This document shows, in pieces, positions 26,680 through 40,981 of a stretch of 64,000 nt of DNA; positions within the stretch are counted from its first letter, which is position 1; each line of letters begins with the position of its first letter. The notes beneath the pieces were generated by a model. It was not told the origin of the DNA and did not search any database. It saw nothing but the letters and a program-made list of their open reading frames with translations. The translations under genes and the position numbers were made by a program. Source of the stretch: Eledone cirrhosa (Eukaryota); assembly GCA_964016885.1 (NCBI GenBank), contig OZ024745.1, positions 120,094,001 to 120,158,000 of the forward strand, written 5' to 3'.

Positions 26680-28004
26680 TCCTCTCTCACACACCTATGA
26701 AATCGTAGGAGTTGGGAAATTGACCGGTTACGCATGTGGTTGGTCTAAATATCTAGAATTCGAACTCTGACCACGCTAACTCTATATCGCTGTCTAATCG
26801 CCTGTTGCCATTTAATGTCCGGAAAGGTTTTAGGCACTACCATTGTTACTGTCGTACTATTTCTCCCCATCGGACTTGGAAACTGGAGTCGTATGCTGTC
26901 ATTCTATTGTACAGCGATTGGAGACTGAATTTTTAATAACCGTTTTTCACTCGCTTGTTAATTTGTGTTTGAGACACGTTGGCTGATAGCTTATGGCAGG
27001 AGGGGAACTGTTTTAATTTCGTCTCTTGCCGTCACGTAAATTTCTGAACCAGTGGCCGATCGACTGACAGCATTGTGATAACGCGTAGGAATTTCAGGTG
27101 CTATTGTTTTATTGTGTGGCAATCACATTCAGTCATAGCCGACACGGACTGGAATCGAATTCTGTAGATCGATTGGTTATTGATTGGGCAAACCCCACTG
27201 ATGAAGCCACATGCACCGATTGTGCATTCTTACATAATAAATGTAGACAGTTGATACTGTGCACTCTATTGCAGCTGTAAGTGTGGCAGAAACTCGAGTT
27301 CGGGTGTAGTTTGAAGGTATACTCCTCCTGTATCTAACCACTAATCCATGCAGCTTCACATACACATATATGTACGTACATATATATACATATATCATAT
27401 ATCTTTCTCCCCCATCCCTCTGTCTCTTATTTAGATCGTTTTAGCTAAATACAACCGCAGTGGTTTATAAAGTTATTTCATTTTTATTCATGTCTTATTT
27501 AATATTATTTTAAGTTATTATTATCTTATTTTCTAAATTAGAATCCGTATAATTATTACATAAATACCAACCTATAATTTGAAAAATATAAAATATTACA
27601 AATAGAGGCAAAATGACCCATCATATGACGAGTAACACTTTAGTATAAATATATTCCTTTGAAGTATTACGATACTAGTATCCTTAATTATACTAACACG
27701 TAGACCAAGTGAAAACAAAAGTGTTTCAAATCGTAATGCATGAAATATAATGCAGATAGTTACAGCATAAAGTACCCCAAATTTCTGAGATATGTCTGTC
27801 AGTTTGAAATCATTGGTGTTCTTATAATTTCGTATTTCATTCTCTTGGCAAACGGATGTAATTTCATCTTCTTTACAAAATATCTTCCATAACAAAATAT
27901 TTCCGTGTGTATATGCGAGAGAGAGAGAGAGAGAGATATCCTCTCTCTCTCGCTTTCTTTCTTTCTTTCTTTCTCTCTCTCTTCTCTCTTCTCTCTCTCT
28001 CACT

Positions 28005-28037
<33 letters not shown>

Positions 28038-28252
28038 ATCTTTCTTTCTCTCTTCCTTTCTCTCTCTCTCTTTCTTTCTTTCTCTTTTTCTTTCTTTCTT
28101 TCTGTCTCTCTCTTTCTCTCTTTTTCTTTCTTTCTTTCTTTCTTTCTTTCTGAATAGCAGTTCCTCGCGATTTCGTGGAGTTATGTTTGAAAATGATTTT
28201 AAAACATTTGTAAGAAAAAAAATGATTATATTTGATTTTAAAGAATGTAAAC

Positions 28253-28542
28253 ATGTCATGGGCAACCTTTTTCGAGAAGCGGGCCGCATGAGATATGGCT
28301 CATCATCTGGCGGGCCACAAGCGCTAATTTACATTCGTGCCCACATTAAAAAAAGGGCGGTAACTCAGGTTGTTTTGATTTGTTTCTTCAGAATTCGTAC
28401 ACGTTGTTTTCCTCGATCGTAAAAATGATAGAAAGATAAATTACGACCGAAAAGTTGGGGTAAAAAAATCAGAAAGATTTCACTTAGGTGACTTAGGTGA
28501 GCCATTCAGAAAGCTTCGTGGGCCATAGGTTGCCCATGACTG
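28253..28542. mobile_element. hAT (Charlie/Buster-like) MITE
   Basis: TIR GTCATGGGCAACCT / AGGTTGCCCATGAC. 8-bp TSD ATGTAAAC (28245-28252, 28543-28550). Internal GCGGGCC motifs. Confidence 0.8.
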
Positions 28543-28622
28543 ATGTAAACTGAAATACAATGATAGTCGTTGCGAGGAAATAAGGTCAAGATAAATCAAT
28601 ATATAGACACATATATATCTAT

Positions 28623-28885
28623 CTAAGGCGGGTAAAATTCCCGAGATCCATGGACGAATTCTCTCCAGCGGTCTCTGTCCCTCATTATCGCTGCCATATC
28701 CTGTATCTCCAACAGACCAGTGTCTGTCCTTAGGGCATCAACATATGTTAACCTTGGTCTTCCTCTTCTAGTGTGTCCATGTAGGGGCTCCCAAAGGAGC
28801 ACTGAGTGCAATGTCAACTCTGGATGTCGGTGAGCATGTCCAGCTAACCTCAGTCTCCTCTGTGTCACTTTTGAGCTGACTTTTC
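28623..28885 (-). mobile_element. RTE-group LINE ORF 3' fragment
   Basis: RRLRLAGH..RH....LLWEP.HG...RGRP.LTYVD.L..DTGL...M.DRD.WR. Confidence 0.85.
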
Positions 28886-28974
28886 GGATGAAAACATATA
28901 TATATACACATATAAATACAACCTTCATCTTCTCTCTCTTTATCTTACTATTTTATCTTTTATTTCTGATTCTA

Positions 28975-29010
28975 TCTTCTGATGAAGAACTAGTGTCCGA
29001 AACGTCAAGA
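28975..29010 (+). ncRNA. Minimal hammerhead candidate
   Basis: TCTT-CTGATGA-AGAACTAGTGTCC-GAAAC-GTC^AAGA. Weak stem II, loopless stem III. Confidence 0.45.
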
Positions 29011-29238
29011 ATCTTTTCCTGTTAATTTAAGCGTTATACTTTCATATTTCTTCAATGTAATGTGTCGTTTGCTTTGTTATTTCTGTTTACTTTTTACACA
29101 TACGCGCACGCACACGCACGCACGCGCACGCACACACGCAAAGCACACGCACACACACACACATATATATATACATATAATATATATATCTAGCTATCGA
29201 AACGGCCGGAGCTCATCCGTCGGGGTCCTGACTCTTTT

Positions 29239-29340
<102 letters not shown>

Positions 29341-29523
29341 TATAGAGAGATATATTTTAACTTTAATTATATCTCATGAAATAATACAACTGGCTTTCCA
29401 CATAATACATATAGTTAGCACCCCAAACACTTAAATTAGGTTTATACTAACATATAACCTAATGTTTGTTGAGTGAGATGGTTACCAGTCAGAGTTTAGC
29501 TTTAAGCTATCTCTGTTATTGTA

Positions 29524-29588
<65 letters not shown>

Positions 29589-29751
29589 AGTAATAGGAAT
29601 ATTTATATTTATATATGTTTGATTTAACTATAAATATGTGCTAAGTACTAGCCGGTATGATAAAATTAATCAACACAACGGTTCACCAACAGCTTAATAA
29701 CGGTTAATACAAACCCTAGATAAGATAATTTGTAGATAAAAAATGCATGAA

Positions 29752-29942
29752 ATAATTGTTTCTATTTTAGGCACAAGACCAGCAATTACCCAGTACATTA
29801 CTGGTACTTTATTTTATCGACCCTGTAAGGATGAAAGGCAAAGTTAACCTCGGCGGGATTTGAACTCAGATCATAAAGGGACGTAACTCTATGCTTCAAA
29901 GCATGGTGTCCGACTCTCTACCGATACTGCCAATCCACCGCC
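29752..29942 (-). mobile_element. SINE, main family
   Basis: Full head, core and tail. Confidence 0.9.
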
Positions 29943-30109
29943 TAATTCATAAAATAATATACCTAAAATAACAACATGGCCAGTAATTCGGCGGAATTTA
30001 CATTTAACAAACAAACACCTATTACGACTTAAAATAATCCCATGGTTAATAGCTGTGAGTAACAAACAACACATACACATAAATACGAACTACAACACAA
30101 AAACACTTG

Positions 30110-30176
30110 AATGTAGGTGTTTGTTATGTGAGGTGTAATGCTTTGCATTACACCTCACATAACAAACACCTACATT
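30110..30176. repeat. Perfect 32-bp-arm hairpin
   Basis: AATGTAGGTGTTTGTTATGTGAGGTGTAATGC-TTT-GCATTACACCTCACATAACAAACACCTACATT. Confidence 0.95.
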
Positions 30177-30585
30177 ATCACCACATGCCTCTCTAACAAA
30201 TTGCACACTTTCTTAAACATTTATAGCAATTATAAACATTTATAACAATTATAACACCCCACACAAAATATGTTTATTTCAACTGCATTATAACTCTTTC
30301 CTCACACATGCCTTATTGACTGTACTGATTCCTGCATTGTACACCTATTGTCCTTGCTTGTAACTTGTTTGCCTGTGTTTTTTTTTTGCTTGTGTTTGTT
30401 TTGCTTGTGCTTTTTACTTATTCCTATTACACTTCCAACCTGTGCTGCCTGTAATTGTGTTCTTTCAAGCAGAACATCTGTTTAACTCCTGACTTTCCAC
30501 ATGATGCCTTTGACACTAATAACAATTATGTACCCTAAATGTTCTAAATGACTAGGATTTTAGTTACATGTTTTGACATTCCTTA

Positions 30586-30632
30586 TGCTCCAATGATCCC
30601 AGACTTCCCTCTGGAAGAAACAATTGTCAGCA
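30586..30632 (+). ncRNA. Degenerate hammerhead (C4 type, G5A)
   Basis: TGCT-CCAATGA-TCCCAGA-CTTCCC-TCTGGAA-GAAA-C-AATT-G-TC^AGCA. Confidence 0.5.
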
Positions 30633-30898
30633 AATAAACGTTCTAAACTAAAATTTGATCGTTTTAAAACTTTGTATATATATATATATATATATATTTA
30701 TGTATATTTTATATTCTTATTAATTCTTTTTAATTGTAATACTCAACATTTGATAAGATGAATTTTAATAATACAACGAAAACGGTAATACTTTATATAC
30801 TTTATATACATTATAAAACCCTTTTTTAAAAGAATTTTCTCTCTCATTTGTTCAATAATTTCATCTTTTCAATAATGCCACTTTGACGAATCAAAGAA

Positions 30899-31546
30899 GA
30901 GATAAGCGGAGCAAGCAAAATTCAAACAATTTTTTTAAATAAATTAAAAAATATAATTTAAATATTTACCTATTCCATTTGCTTTTACCGATGGTTTCAC
31001 TGAACAAAAGATTGGAAATCCTAGCTATTTCCAATGGAAATATTTAGATCTTCAGAAAGCATTTTCCCTACCTAGTATATCAAATTGATACTATAGAACA
31101 ACCACTGTATCATAGACACCCTATATATTTCCAGGGATACTTAGTACCTCTGGAGATATTGATCTCCTTTTATATAGTCTCCGTTATGTAGAGAACAAAT
31201 CCGTTGTTTTATTTAACTGCTATTTTAAGTGGCGTGATAGACAACACGTCTATGTTTACTTCCGCTTCTACTACGGGCTGGTTCATGCACAGGTCAAATT
31301 TACGGCCTCATTTGATCCTGTGTTAGCTTGCAGGTGGCAATATATTTTGCCGTTCCTGGGACTTTTGTCCTAGGAAGAGAAAATACTTTCTGAAGATCTA
31401 AACATTTCCATTGGAAATCTCTAGGATTTCCAATCTTTTGTTCAGTGAAACCATCGGTAAAAGCAAATGGAATAGGTAAATATTTAAATTATATTTTTTA
31501 ATTTATTTTAAAAATTTGTTTGAATCTTGCTTGCTCCACATATCTC
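30899..31546. mobile_element. Family H inverted element with two hammerheads
   Basis: About 165-bp inverted arms 30899-31066 / 31379-31546. HHRs at 30980-31061 (-) and 31384-31465 (+). Confidence 0.8.
30980..31061 (-). ncRNA. Type I hammerhead with extended domain II
   Basis: TGCTTT-CTGAAGA-[50 nt]-GAAA-CC-ATC-GG-TA^AAAGCA. Confidence 0.7.
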
Positions 31547-31598
<52 letters not shown>

Positions 31599-31658
31599 GT
31601 ATGTATGTATGTATATATGTATATATATATATATATGTATCTCTCTCTTTATATACAT

Positions 31659-31738
<80 letters not shown>

Positions 31739-32384
31739 ATGTGTGTGTGTGTGTGTGTGTACGTATGTTGATCTTTTCTTCTTTTCGGGTTATATCTTCT
31801 GTCGCTCAGAGAGTGGGATTGGCTCAGTGCACAGTCTTCCGTCACTTTAAAAAATATCTTCACGCACAGGCATTGCACGATACAATTAATTAATTATTAA
31901 TAATGGTATATCGTGGTGCAATGACCATACTCGATAACGAGGAGGCAGCCATCATACATATATATATAGGAGGAGGTTATAGTTCACTTGAAGCTTTGTG
32001 TAATGAGGTATAAACGTTTGTATATGTATAATAAAGCCAAAACGATGCAGGTATGGACATAGAATACAGAATGCAAATGCAAAAGATATTGTTATGAATG
32101 CTTGTCTAAGATAGGCTCTTAATTTGTTTATTGTTTTACGTTCGTTTCAGAGGGTTGATTGATCATGGTAGATCGATATATCGAGTAACCGGAAATTCTT
32201 TTGTCACTACATGTTTGGTCACTACATGTTTGTAATGCCGAAATCCATGATCGATGACACCGCCTTTCTCAGAAACAATAAATATTGATTTTATTTGTAT
32301 GGGTGGCATGCTGGTGTAATGGTAACAACATTGGTGCGGAAAACCAAAGATGTGAGTTCGTGTCCCATCTACTCATGCTTTATG

Positions 32385-32610
32385 AAGGCGCGTGGCTGAG
32401 TGGTAAGAGAATTGAATTCGCAATCAGACGGTTGTGAGTTCGATTCCTGGACCGGACGATGCGTTATGTCCTTGAGCAAGACACTTTATACCACGTTGTT
32501 CCTTCTACCTGGAGTGGCGACCGATAGATAGTATTGGCAATTGGAAAGACCAACAGAAACATTGTTTCCTCGGTTCGATTTGACGAAAGTCGATTGACTG
32601 TCAATTAGGA
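32385..32610 (+). mobile_element. Second tRNA-derived SINE family (copy 50172-50355)
   Basis: A box TGGCTGAGTGG, B box GTTCGATTCC, core TGTCCTTGAGCAAGACACTT (resembles V/CORE-type cores). Confidence 0.8.
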
Positions 32611-32914
32611 GTCTGAAATGTGCGACTCGGATGTTTACATCAGCAAGAATAAGTAGATTCTTAAATTAAAGACGGAGAAATAAAAATAAAAATATTAATA
32701 GGCAAGAAACAATGTAAGAAAAAACATGTTAGAAAAAACAAGAATAACATGCATATGAACAATAGTAAATGCTCCTTTAGAGTTGTAAAAGTGGTAAGGG
32801 GAGATATTCCTTTCTACTGATTACTCATGACATAGAAACCTTAAATGATTTTCTGTCTTGTGTGGTCAAATTTACGGACACAGATACATAGATAGATAGA
32901 TATATGTATATATG

Positions 32915-33270
<356 letters not shown>

Positions 33271-33288
33271 TACTTACTTATATATATG

Positions 33289-33324
<36 letters not shown>

Positions 33325-33577
33325 TGTATATGTATATATGTATAAAAAAGCAAAGAAAAAGAAAAAAGAAAATTTCGCTCTACACGGCCATTTATCGCTC
33401 GTATATAGGAAACTGACTGGCCAGTCTGCTGATATGCAAATCTGGCTGATCAGTGGATCTGCGAATATGCAGATCTAACTGATCAACCAGTCTGCAAATC
33501 AGGCCAATCAGTCACTGTGTATTTTTGAAAATAGCATATATTTTCACTAGCTCTGACAGTTTGGCAGATGAACAGTG

Positions 33578-33625
33578 AGCTGTACTGATGAAGGGTGATA
33601 CCCAGAAACATTAGTGTCTGCAGTT
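33578..33625 (+). ncRNA. Type I hammerhead ribozyme, canonical core
   Basis: AGCTGTA-CTGATGA-A.GGGT-GAT-ACCC.A-GAAA-CA-TTAG-TG-TC^TGCAGTT. The element ends about 12 nt later in (TA)n. Confidence 0.8.
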
Positions 33626-33634
33626 ATGTTGGCA

Positions 33635-33706
<72 letters not shown>

Positions 33707-33755
33707 AAGAGTGAGGAATAACATGGTCGACTGTACAAGAAGGTTTTATTTACAG

Positions 33756-33864
33756 TATTAACAATTGTTTCATTGATCAGGTGAGTCTAAAGGCCGCTGA
33801 TCACTCGAAATTGCGTCACTCGACCTTAAATACAATGTGCGTCTCTGATCAAATCATCGGAGTA
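33756..33864 (-). ncRNA. Hammerhead candidate, C4 variant with large loop 2
   Basis: TACT-CCGATGA-T-TTGATCAG-[64 nt]-CTGATCAA-T-GAAA-C-AATT-G-TT^AATA. Stem I imperfect. Confidence 0.5.
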
Positions 33865-34854
33865 TTCAATTATCCCAGTTAAATACGGATACTTTAATTT
33901 TATCGACCCCGTAAGGATGAAAGGCAAAGTTAACCTCGGCCGGATTCGATTTCAGATCATAAAGAGACGTAACTCTATGCTGGAAAGAATGGCGTCAGAC
34001 CCTCTACTGATACTGCCAATCCTCCGCCCGCAAATTATGATAATGGTTTCTTACATAGGCACAAGGCCAGCAATTTTGGGGAGGGGAAAGTCGATTAAAT
34101 CGACCCCAGTGCGTGACTGGTACATTTACTCGTGTGTGCGTGTGTACGCGGATGTGTGATTTTTCTCTCTATGAGTGCGTTTGTATATTTTCTGTATATA
34201 TATATATATAAATAAATAATAGAGAATCGGAATCTCGGCCCACGAAATAACGAAACACAATCTTCGAAATGCATGGCAAAGGGCTCAATAGTTTGGAAAA
34301 ACCAGAGCTATAACTATCTTTTAAATACCAACACATAGAGACAATGCTTAAAATCATTCGCACAGCCGAAGAAACGACCAGGAAAATTCGGGTCACACAA
34401 ATAATAAATTAATAAATTAATAAATTAAATGAATGAAAAATCTTACCCGGACCCGCTAGAAGGATGTTAAGTTCTAGCTTTTTGGGTTTCTGCGGTTCCT
34501 TAATCAATTACCGTCAGCCTACATAAAAAATATATCTGACTTCTGGCAAAGAGACGAACGAGGAAACCACTTTCTCAGCAGGCATTTCGTTCAAAAATAC
34601 AGAGGCACCCGTTACTAAACGCACGTGGGGTCCAGCAAGGGAGGGAACCCCTATATTAGGCGAATGAATTCAGTAGTGTATAATTTGTAAAAATACAAAA
34701 TATCACATATCGAATTAGAGTTCTCAACAGACGGGTTAAAATTAACAAGAGCTATTCATCAGTCAATAAGATCAACTAAAAAATCAATAAAATTAACTGG
34801 TCAATAGCTAAAGACTGGAGATAAATACAAATAAATAATCGAGAATCGGAATCT

Positions 34855-34926
<72 letters not shown>

Positions 34927-34996
34927 CACACACACACAGAGACAACCACACACACATATATATATATATATATATGCATATATATACGTATATATA

Positions 34997-35028
<32 letters not shown>

Positions 35029-35141
35029 ACGAAGGAAATGTGGTACGTAACCAGATGGACCATAACGCACCAAAGTACTCAATACTTAGGGTAGTAGAGT
35101 GGGTAATACATATGCACGTGCCAGTGGAGGTTATCGGCGTG

Positions 35142-35476
35142 TGTTGTAAGTGAGGTGTGTACTTCTTGTATATGATATATTTATTTTCTCTTCTGGTGTT
35201 TGTTTCCTATTTAATGGGTGGTTTAAAGGCACACCTGTGCACTAATAAGCGCATATGTATATAGGTAAAGTTTATGCTGAATTGACTACACACTCACACA
35301 CACACAGACACACACACACTGACAGACATACATGAGCGACCAGACATGTGCGGTCGTGTGTGTGCATACGTACATGCAATTAGTTACAACAGTTACTTGC
35401 ACAGGTGCTTGTTTCGCTGTTATTCACTCCAACTCACTTAAGCTGATCTATCAATAAAGATCTTTAGTCATACAAC
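35142..35476 (+). mobile_element. Possible LTR
   Basis: TGTTGTA start, AATAAA near the end, ...TACAAC followed by TGGC. Single copy, no TSD confirmed. Confidence 0.25.
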
Positions 35477-35537
35477 TGGCTTAATGAGGGACGAATAACT
35501 TACCCAAACTTATAGACCAAGAGCTCATACGCATAAT

Positions 35538-35628
<91 letters not shown>

Positions 35629-35629
<1 letters not shown>

Positions 35630-35905
35630 AGTTATTGTGTGTTTCAATTGTTTCCCCGGCGGACAGCTGGAGACGCAATCATTGTGTGGATCTGTCTGAT
35701 TCGGGACCCGCAGGTTCGAATGACACGTCTAATGATTTCGGAGCATTTTCTCTCGCCGGCGAAACAATTGTAACACACAATAACTTGAGTTCAGATACAT
35801 CACTGATTTTTCGTTTTCTATTCTATCATACTCAGCTATGTAAGAGCATAGAGTGCTCAACCGGCATACCGCCTATGGAAGCATCTTAGCTACCATTACC
35901 ATCAG

Positions 35906-35907
<2 letters not shown>
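35629..35907 (+). mobile_element. Family C element
   Basis: Same internal inversion as 1378-1690. Tail TACTC(35829)...GAGTGCT(35857). Confidence 0.75.
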
Positions 35908-36004
<97 letters not shown>

Positions 36005-36220
36005 TAAACGGAATAGAAAATGCTGACAAATTGTTCACAGTTGAAAAATGGTTTAATTAGGAATAAAAGAGTATTAGTGATTGTATGGGTTAGTATTCAG
36101 TTGTGGTTTTAAGTTTTTAAGTTTTTACCGGTTGCGCATTTCTAAATGCTTTTCAAAAATAATTTTGCGATAGAGTGTCCGTGCTGTTTGCTCTGATCTG
36201 CTTAGTTTTGGGAATTCTAC

Positions 36221-36449
36221 CTGTTTTTATGTTAAAAAAAGTGGCTCCAGCGTTATTTTTGTGTTGCAAAAATGCTTGTGGTCAAAACAATTTTGATTGG
36301 TCAGTAGAGGTCATGTGAATGTAAAAAGTTGATTTTGCGCCAAGACTGTTTTTATGTTAAAAAAGTGGCTCCAGCAAAAATTCTTGGTCAAAACAATTTT
36401 GATTGGTCGGTAGAGGTCATGTGGATAAAAAATTGGTTTTGCGCCAAGA
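36221..36449 (+). repeat. Local tandem duplication (about 125/104 bp)
   Basis: CTGTTTTTATGTTAAAAAA.GTGGCTCCAGC...TTTTGCGCCAAGA occurs twice. Confidence 0.8.
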
Positions 36450-36474
36450 TTGAGAAATGACTCTTTCACAACAA

Positions 36475-36574
<100 letters not shown>

Positions 36575-37059
36575 TAGTAGTAGTAAGGTGTTCGATGCTG
36601 CGACAATGGCCAGCAGCGATGTGTGTCAAATGGCTATTAAGATAAGTGTGTGTGTGTGTCTGTGTGTGTGTATAGCAGAGTAATTCGATGGTCAGTAAGA
36701 ATGTGTCTGAAAGCAATGGGGGGTATTTTAGCATGTCAAAAGATATTTTTCAGCTTTTTGTCTTATACGGAGAAGTGCGTGTGTGTGTGTGTGTGTGTAT
36801 AAGTCTCTTTGTATGTTGATGTACGCGTGTGTATGTGTTTGTGTATATATGTGTGTGTGGGGGGGGGGACCAGTATTTTTTTCCCCCTGGTAAAATGGTG
36901 TACATTATTCGATTTTTTCAGTAAAATCGGTTCTCTTAATAGAACATCAAAAATCTTAACAATAAAAGGTGTGAAATGATATTCACTATATATATATATA
37001 CATATATTCACTACATATATATATATATATATATATACATATATACATACATATATATG

Positions 37060-37330
37060 CACATATATTTTTTTGTATTGCACCATAGAGCATGTGTGTT
37101 TACGTGTGTCATTGTATTTATATGTGGGTAGAGATGTGTGCTGATGTAGGTATGTATGTTGACGTGTGTATGTTGTGGGTTCGTCTTAGGGAGAAGTGTT
37201 TAGACGGGGTCCGTATTTGTTAATGAAGTAAGATTCCTTGCTGATGCGCTGGGTGTGGGTGGCATTATCTTTAAATTTGTAGAGGGGAAAGGTTCTGAAG
37301 TTGGGATGATTTTGGGCGGCACATCCCTCT
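37060..37330 (-). mobile_element. PLE GIY-YIG endonuclease C-terminal fragment + 3' region
   Basis: F..FPLYK.......R.SKE.YFINKY.P.LN is the typical PLE EN terminus. Confidence 0.65.
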
Positions 37331-37841
37331 CCAGGCATGAGTACAGCAGATGATTTTGGGCAGCTCATCCCTCTCCAGGCGTGAGTACAGCAGATTTCTT
37401 CCAGAGAAAAATAGCTAATGAAAGAGGGGAAGTGAGAAAGAGATATAGAAGATGAATCGACCCCAGTACTAGACTGGTACTTTTATTTCTCGACGTCAAA
37501 AGGATGAAAGGCAAAGTTGACCTCGGTGGGATTTGAAATCAGAGAGCAGAGAGTCGGAACGAATAACGCAAAGCATTCTATCTGACGACCTAACGACTCT
37601 GCCAATTCATCGCCTTATATATATAATATATAACGAAAGCTAAATAAAATATAATGTAATTTATTACGGAATAAAGTACGTAGAATTCCTTACACATATC
37701 AGTCAACCTAAAATAATTGGGTGTGTTATAATTTCAAAGTTGTGATCATAGTTTCCATTCTACCGAATTTCGTCTTTAACATTGCAAACGGATGTAATCT
37801 CATCTTCACATTTCTATCTTCACTAAAACACTCTTTTCGTC

Positions 37842-37916
<75 letters not shown>

Positions 37917-38133
37917 CACATCTCCACATTTCTCTTCCTCATTCTGACATCTTCCTGCTTTTCTATACTTTTCCTTCTTCCCTTTTTTCTATTGAGCGTT
38001 TGAGCATTTATCTCTTTAGTTTCTTGCGTACAGCTGTATTTGCGAGAATAACTTCCTGTAAGTATGTATGCATGTAGACACACACACACACACATATATA
38101 TATATATGTATATACATATACATATACTTATAT

Positions 38134-38184
<51 letters not shown>

Positions 38185-38429
38185 TATATTTATATATGTG
38201 TACATTTACATATACATATATATATATTGGAAAATGTGTGAGATCTTTGGTACAGTTAGGAAAAAAAGGAAAAGAATGACTTCACTTGTAGTGTTAAAAA
38301 ATTTATGATTTAATGTTATAATATAATATTATAATATTATGAGTTGGTAGATCTAGTAAGTTCTTTGTTAACTTCGGTGGGAAGAATTTTAAAGATTCCT
38401 GGTTAACTTGGATTTGAGAACTTTCTCGC

Positions 38430-38875
38430 ATTCGTCTGTCGGTGACGATTGTCAAACTGAGATCAGGTTGTGTTGAAATGTGTGACTATATATAAGAGAG
38501 ATTTGGATGTGTCTGGGGTGTGGCGTGTGGTGTTAATGAGTGTTGATGATGATGAAAGTCCGGAGGAAATAAAGCATACATACATACACACACACACACG
38601 TACACATACACATACGTACACACATATATATATATACACTCAGAAAATGATGAGGTTGCAAGATACGGGTGTTTGAGAAGCTGGTTGTAAACATACTCTC
38701 CTGCTGGTTTTATTTCATTAGCTGACCTTTGATGAGTATATAATGGCATAGCTGAATCAACTTTTCCAAATCCATAAAGAATATCTTCTACTAATTTCTA
38801 ATCAAAGATGAATTTAGGTGCTTGTCTGGGTTTTAATGAGGTGTAAGATACATTTCTTTTGATAAGAATGGGATG
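38430..38875 (-). repeat. Family E repeat (inverted copy 43044-43500)
   Basis: About 440-bp highly similar inverted pair 4.2 kb apart, both with an internal microsatellite. Confidence 0.8.
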
Positions 38876-39240
38876 GTCGGACAATGAACACTTCCGAAAA
38901 TATAAAGAAGAATTCTTTATTAGAAAATACAAACCACTACTGAACACAAAAAAGTGATATTCCATCTTCAAGTAACGGGATTCTCCCCCCTCTCTTTTCT
39001 TAAAAAAAATCTCATATTGAAAAAGAAAAATAGTTGAGGACACGCGTACTTTCAAACATTCGATCGCTGAAAAGAAGAAAAACCCTCAGAGGTACAATAA
39101 CATTTCATTAATTTCCCCTTCCCCACACCAATGTATATATGAACTTAAACACTTGAGTAGATGTGTATACATATATGTATGTATAGATGTGTTTTTTATA
39201 TATGTGTATACAGATATATGTGTACATGTGCATATGTGTG

Positions 39241-39271
<31 letters not shown>

Positions 39272-39525
39272 ATGTATGCACGTGCGTATGTGTGAGATAG
39301 ATATGTGTATATACTATGTATGTGTATGTGTATATGTATGTGTGGATATGTGTATAATATATGTATATGTACATTTATGTAGTATATATGTATATGTAAA
39401 ATATATATGTAGGAGGTATAAAATGTGTATATATGGAATATATATGTGTATATACATATATATTCTCTTGGGTTAATCATTACCTTGATTAAATCTTAAC
39501 CACATCTCAGGGTGTGTCATGTATC

Positions 39526-39587
39526 ATTATATTTTGTCTGATGAGGACGTACTGTTGTACATCCCAATATGTATAATAAAATGTAAT
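39526..39587 (+). ncRNA. Degenerate hammerhead (B-related)
   Basis: ATTATATTTTGT-CTGATGA-GGACGTAC-TGTT-GTACATCC-[CAA, GAAA lost]-TATGTA-TA^ATAAAATGTAAT. Tail AACTCCAG...TTGAGTGCT at about 39636-39667. Confidence 0.55.
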
Positions 39588-40334
39588 TGATCAAAGGAAC
39601 ATCTATTTTATTAATACTTATATTTTAATATTAATAACTCCAGAAAATTATTTTTTCGTTGAGTGCTTTTAATCTACTGTAAAACTCATTCTTTGACATA
39701 ATCATTGAATATTGTTTACCACTTTAATATATATATACAATATAAAGAAATACACAGATACATGCGAATACATACATATACATGCATATACGCACATATA
39801 TCCCTGAATTTATGTGGTGCCAACCTTAACCGTTGTTGCTCTATGATTAATAGGAACAACATAATCTGAATGAATTAGATTGACTCTATATCAGAGCTAT
39901 ATAATACAATATAAAGAAAGAAGGAATCACGTAAGTATAGTGACTGCTGTCAAACTTACACCATTTACACTTATAGCCCTTCTTAGCCACCTCGTCTGTA
40001 GTCTAGATATTAATACCCCCCTCCCCCCCCCCCCGCCACTGTGTTATTTTTCTCTTGGTTGTAAGAGGCTTAACTCTGTTTCTTGACCGCTGTATCACGT
40101 GGTAAGTTCCACCTCCACCTATCCGGGTTCTCTCTCGCGCCTTGCAGACTTATTTTGAAACTTTAAATGAGTTATTCTCTTGATAAGTTGGCAAACCTCA
40201 CAGAAATACTGCATCTCTATGATGTAGTGTTTTTGCATAGTAGCCACGAAACTGCACAGTCGTCGAGAATGTAGAGGAATATTGGGTACGTATATATTTT
40301 TCTTTATGTCTAATGTTTCTTCTTTATAATGTAT

Positions 40335-40366
<32 letters not shown>

Positions 40367-40372
40367 TATATG

Positions 40373-40981
40373 TATGTCAGGTCACCACTTGGTGCTACTG
40401 GTAACATGTATCCCAGTACAACCTGTCTCATGGTCGGGTCGTTGGCGACTAAACTGGCAACCCCACCAAGGTTTCTTGGTGAGGAGGGTGACTTTGGACA
40501 TCCTGCAGGACTAAAAACAAAACCTGTCGAAGGGCAAAGGAGCTCTTAAGAGTCAATGGCCATCCAAAATCACTGGGAGAGATGACCCCTTAGCCTTTGT
40601 CAAGGCAGAATTCTAAGAGAAGGAAAACTCTGATATAACACCTGCAACCCTGATGGTATCCAATGATGTTGACTTGTTCTTCTTTTTGGTAAATATCATC
40701 TTGGTTAAGAGAGTGGGACTGGCTTTGTGCAGTGCCTTTGCTCACTATAAAAGCTTCACAGCACAGGCATTGCTTTATATCTGGAGATCTCTCTGCACTT
40801 GTCATCACATGGTACCATGGGCCCAGCACTATGTGTCAATAATTGTCACAAGTGTAGTGTTTGTACCAGAGTTTTCAAGTCGCTGGCTGGACTAAAAAGT
40901 CACACTCGTTCAGCGCATCGGTAGGGGTTCTCCTACATGGATATAAAGTAGTGGCCGTACTCGAAAACGAGTTGGCAGCCA

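Noticed and set aside
32385-32460. tRNA gene
   Set aside because: The A/B boxes run into a SINE core and no clean cloverleaf forms. The same applies to the main SINE heads.
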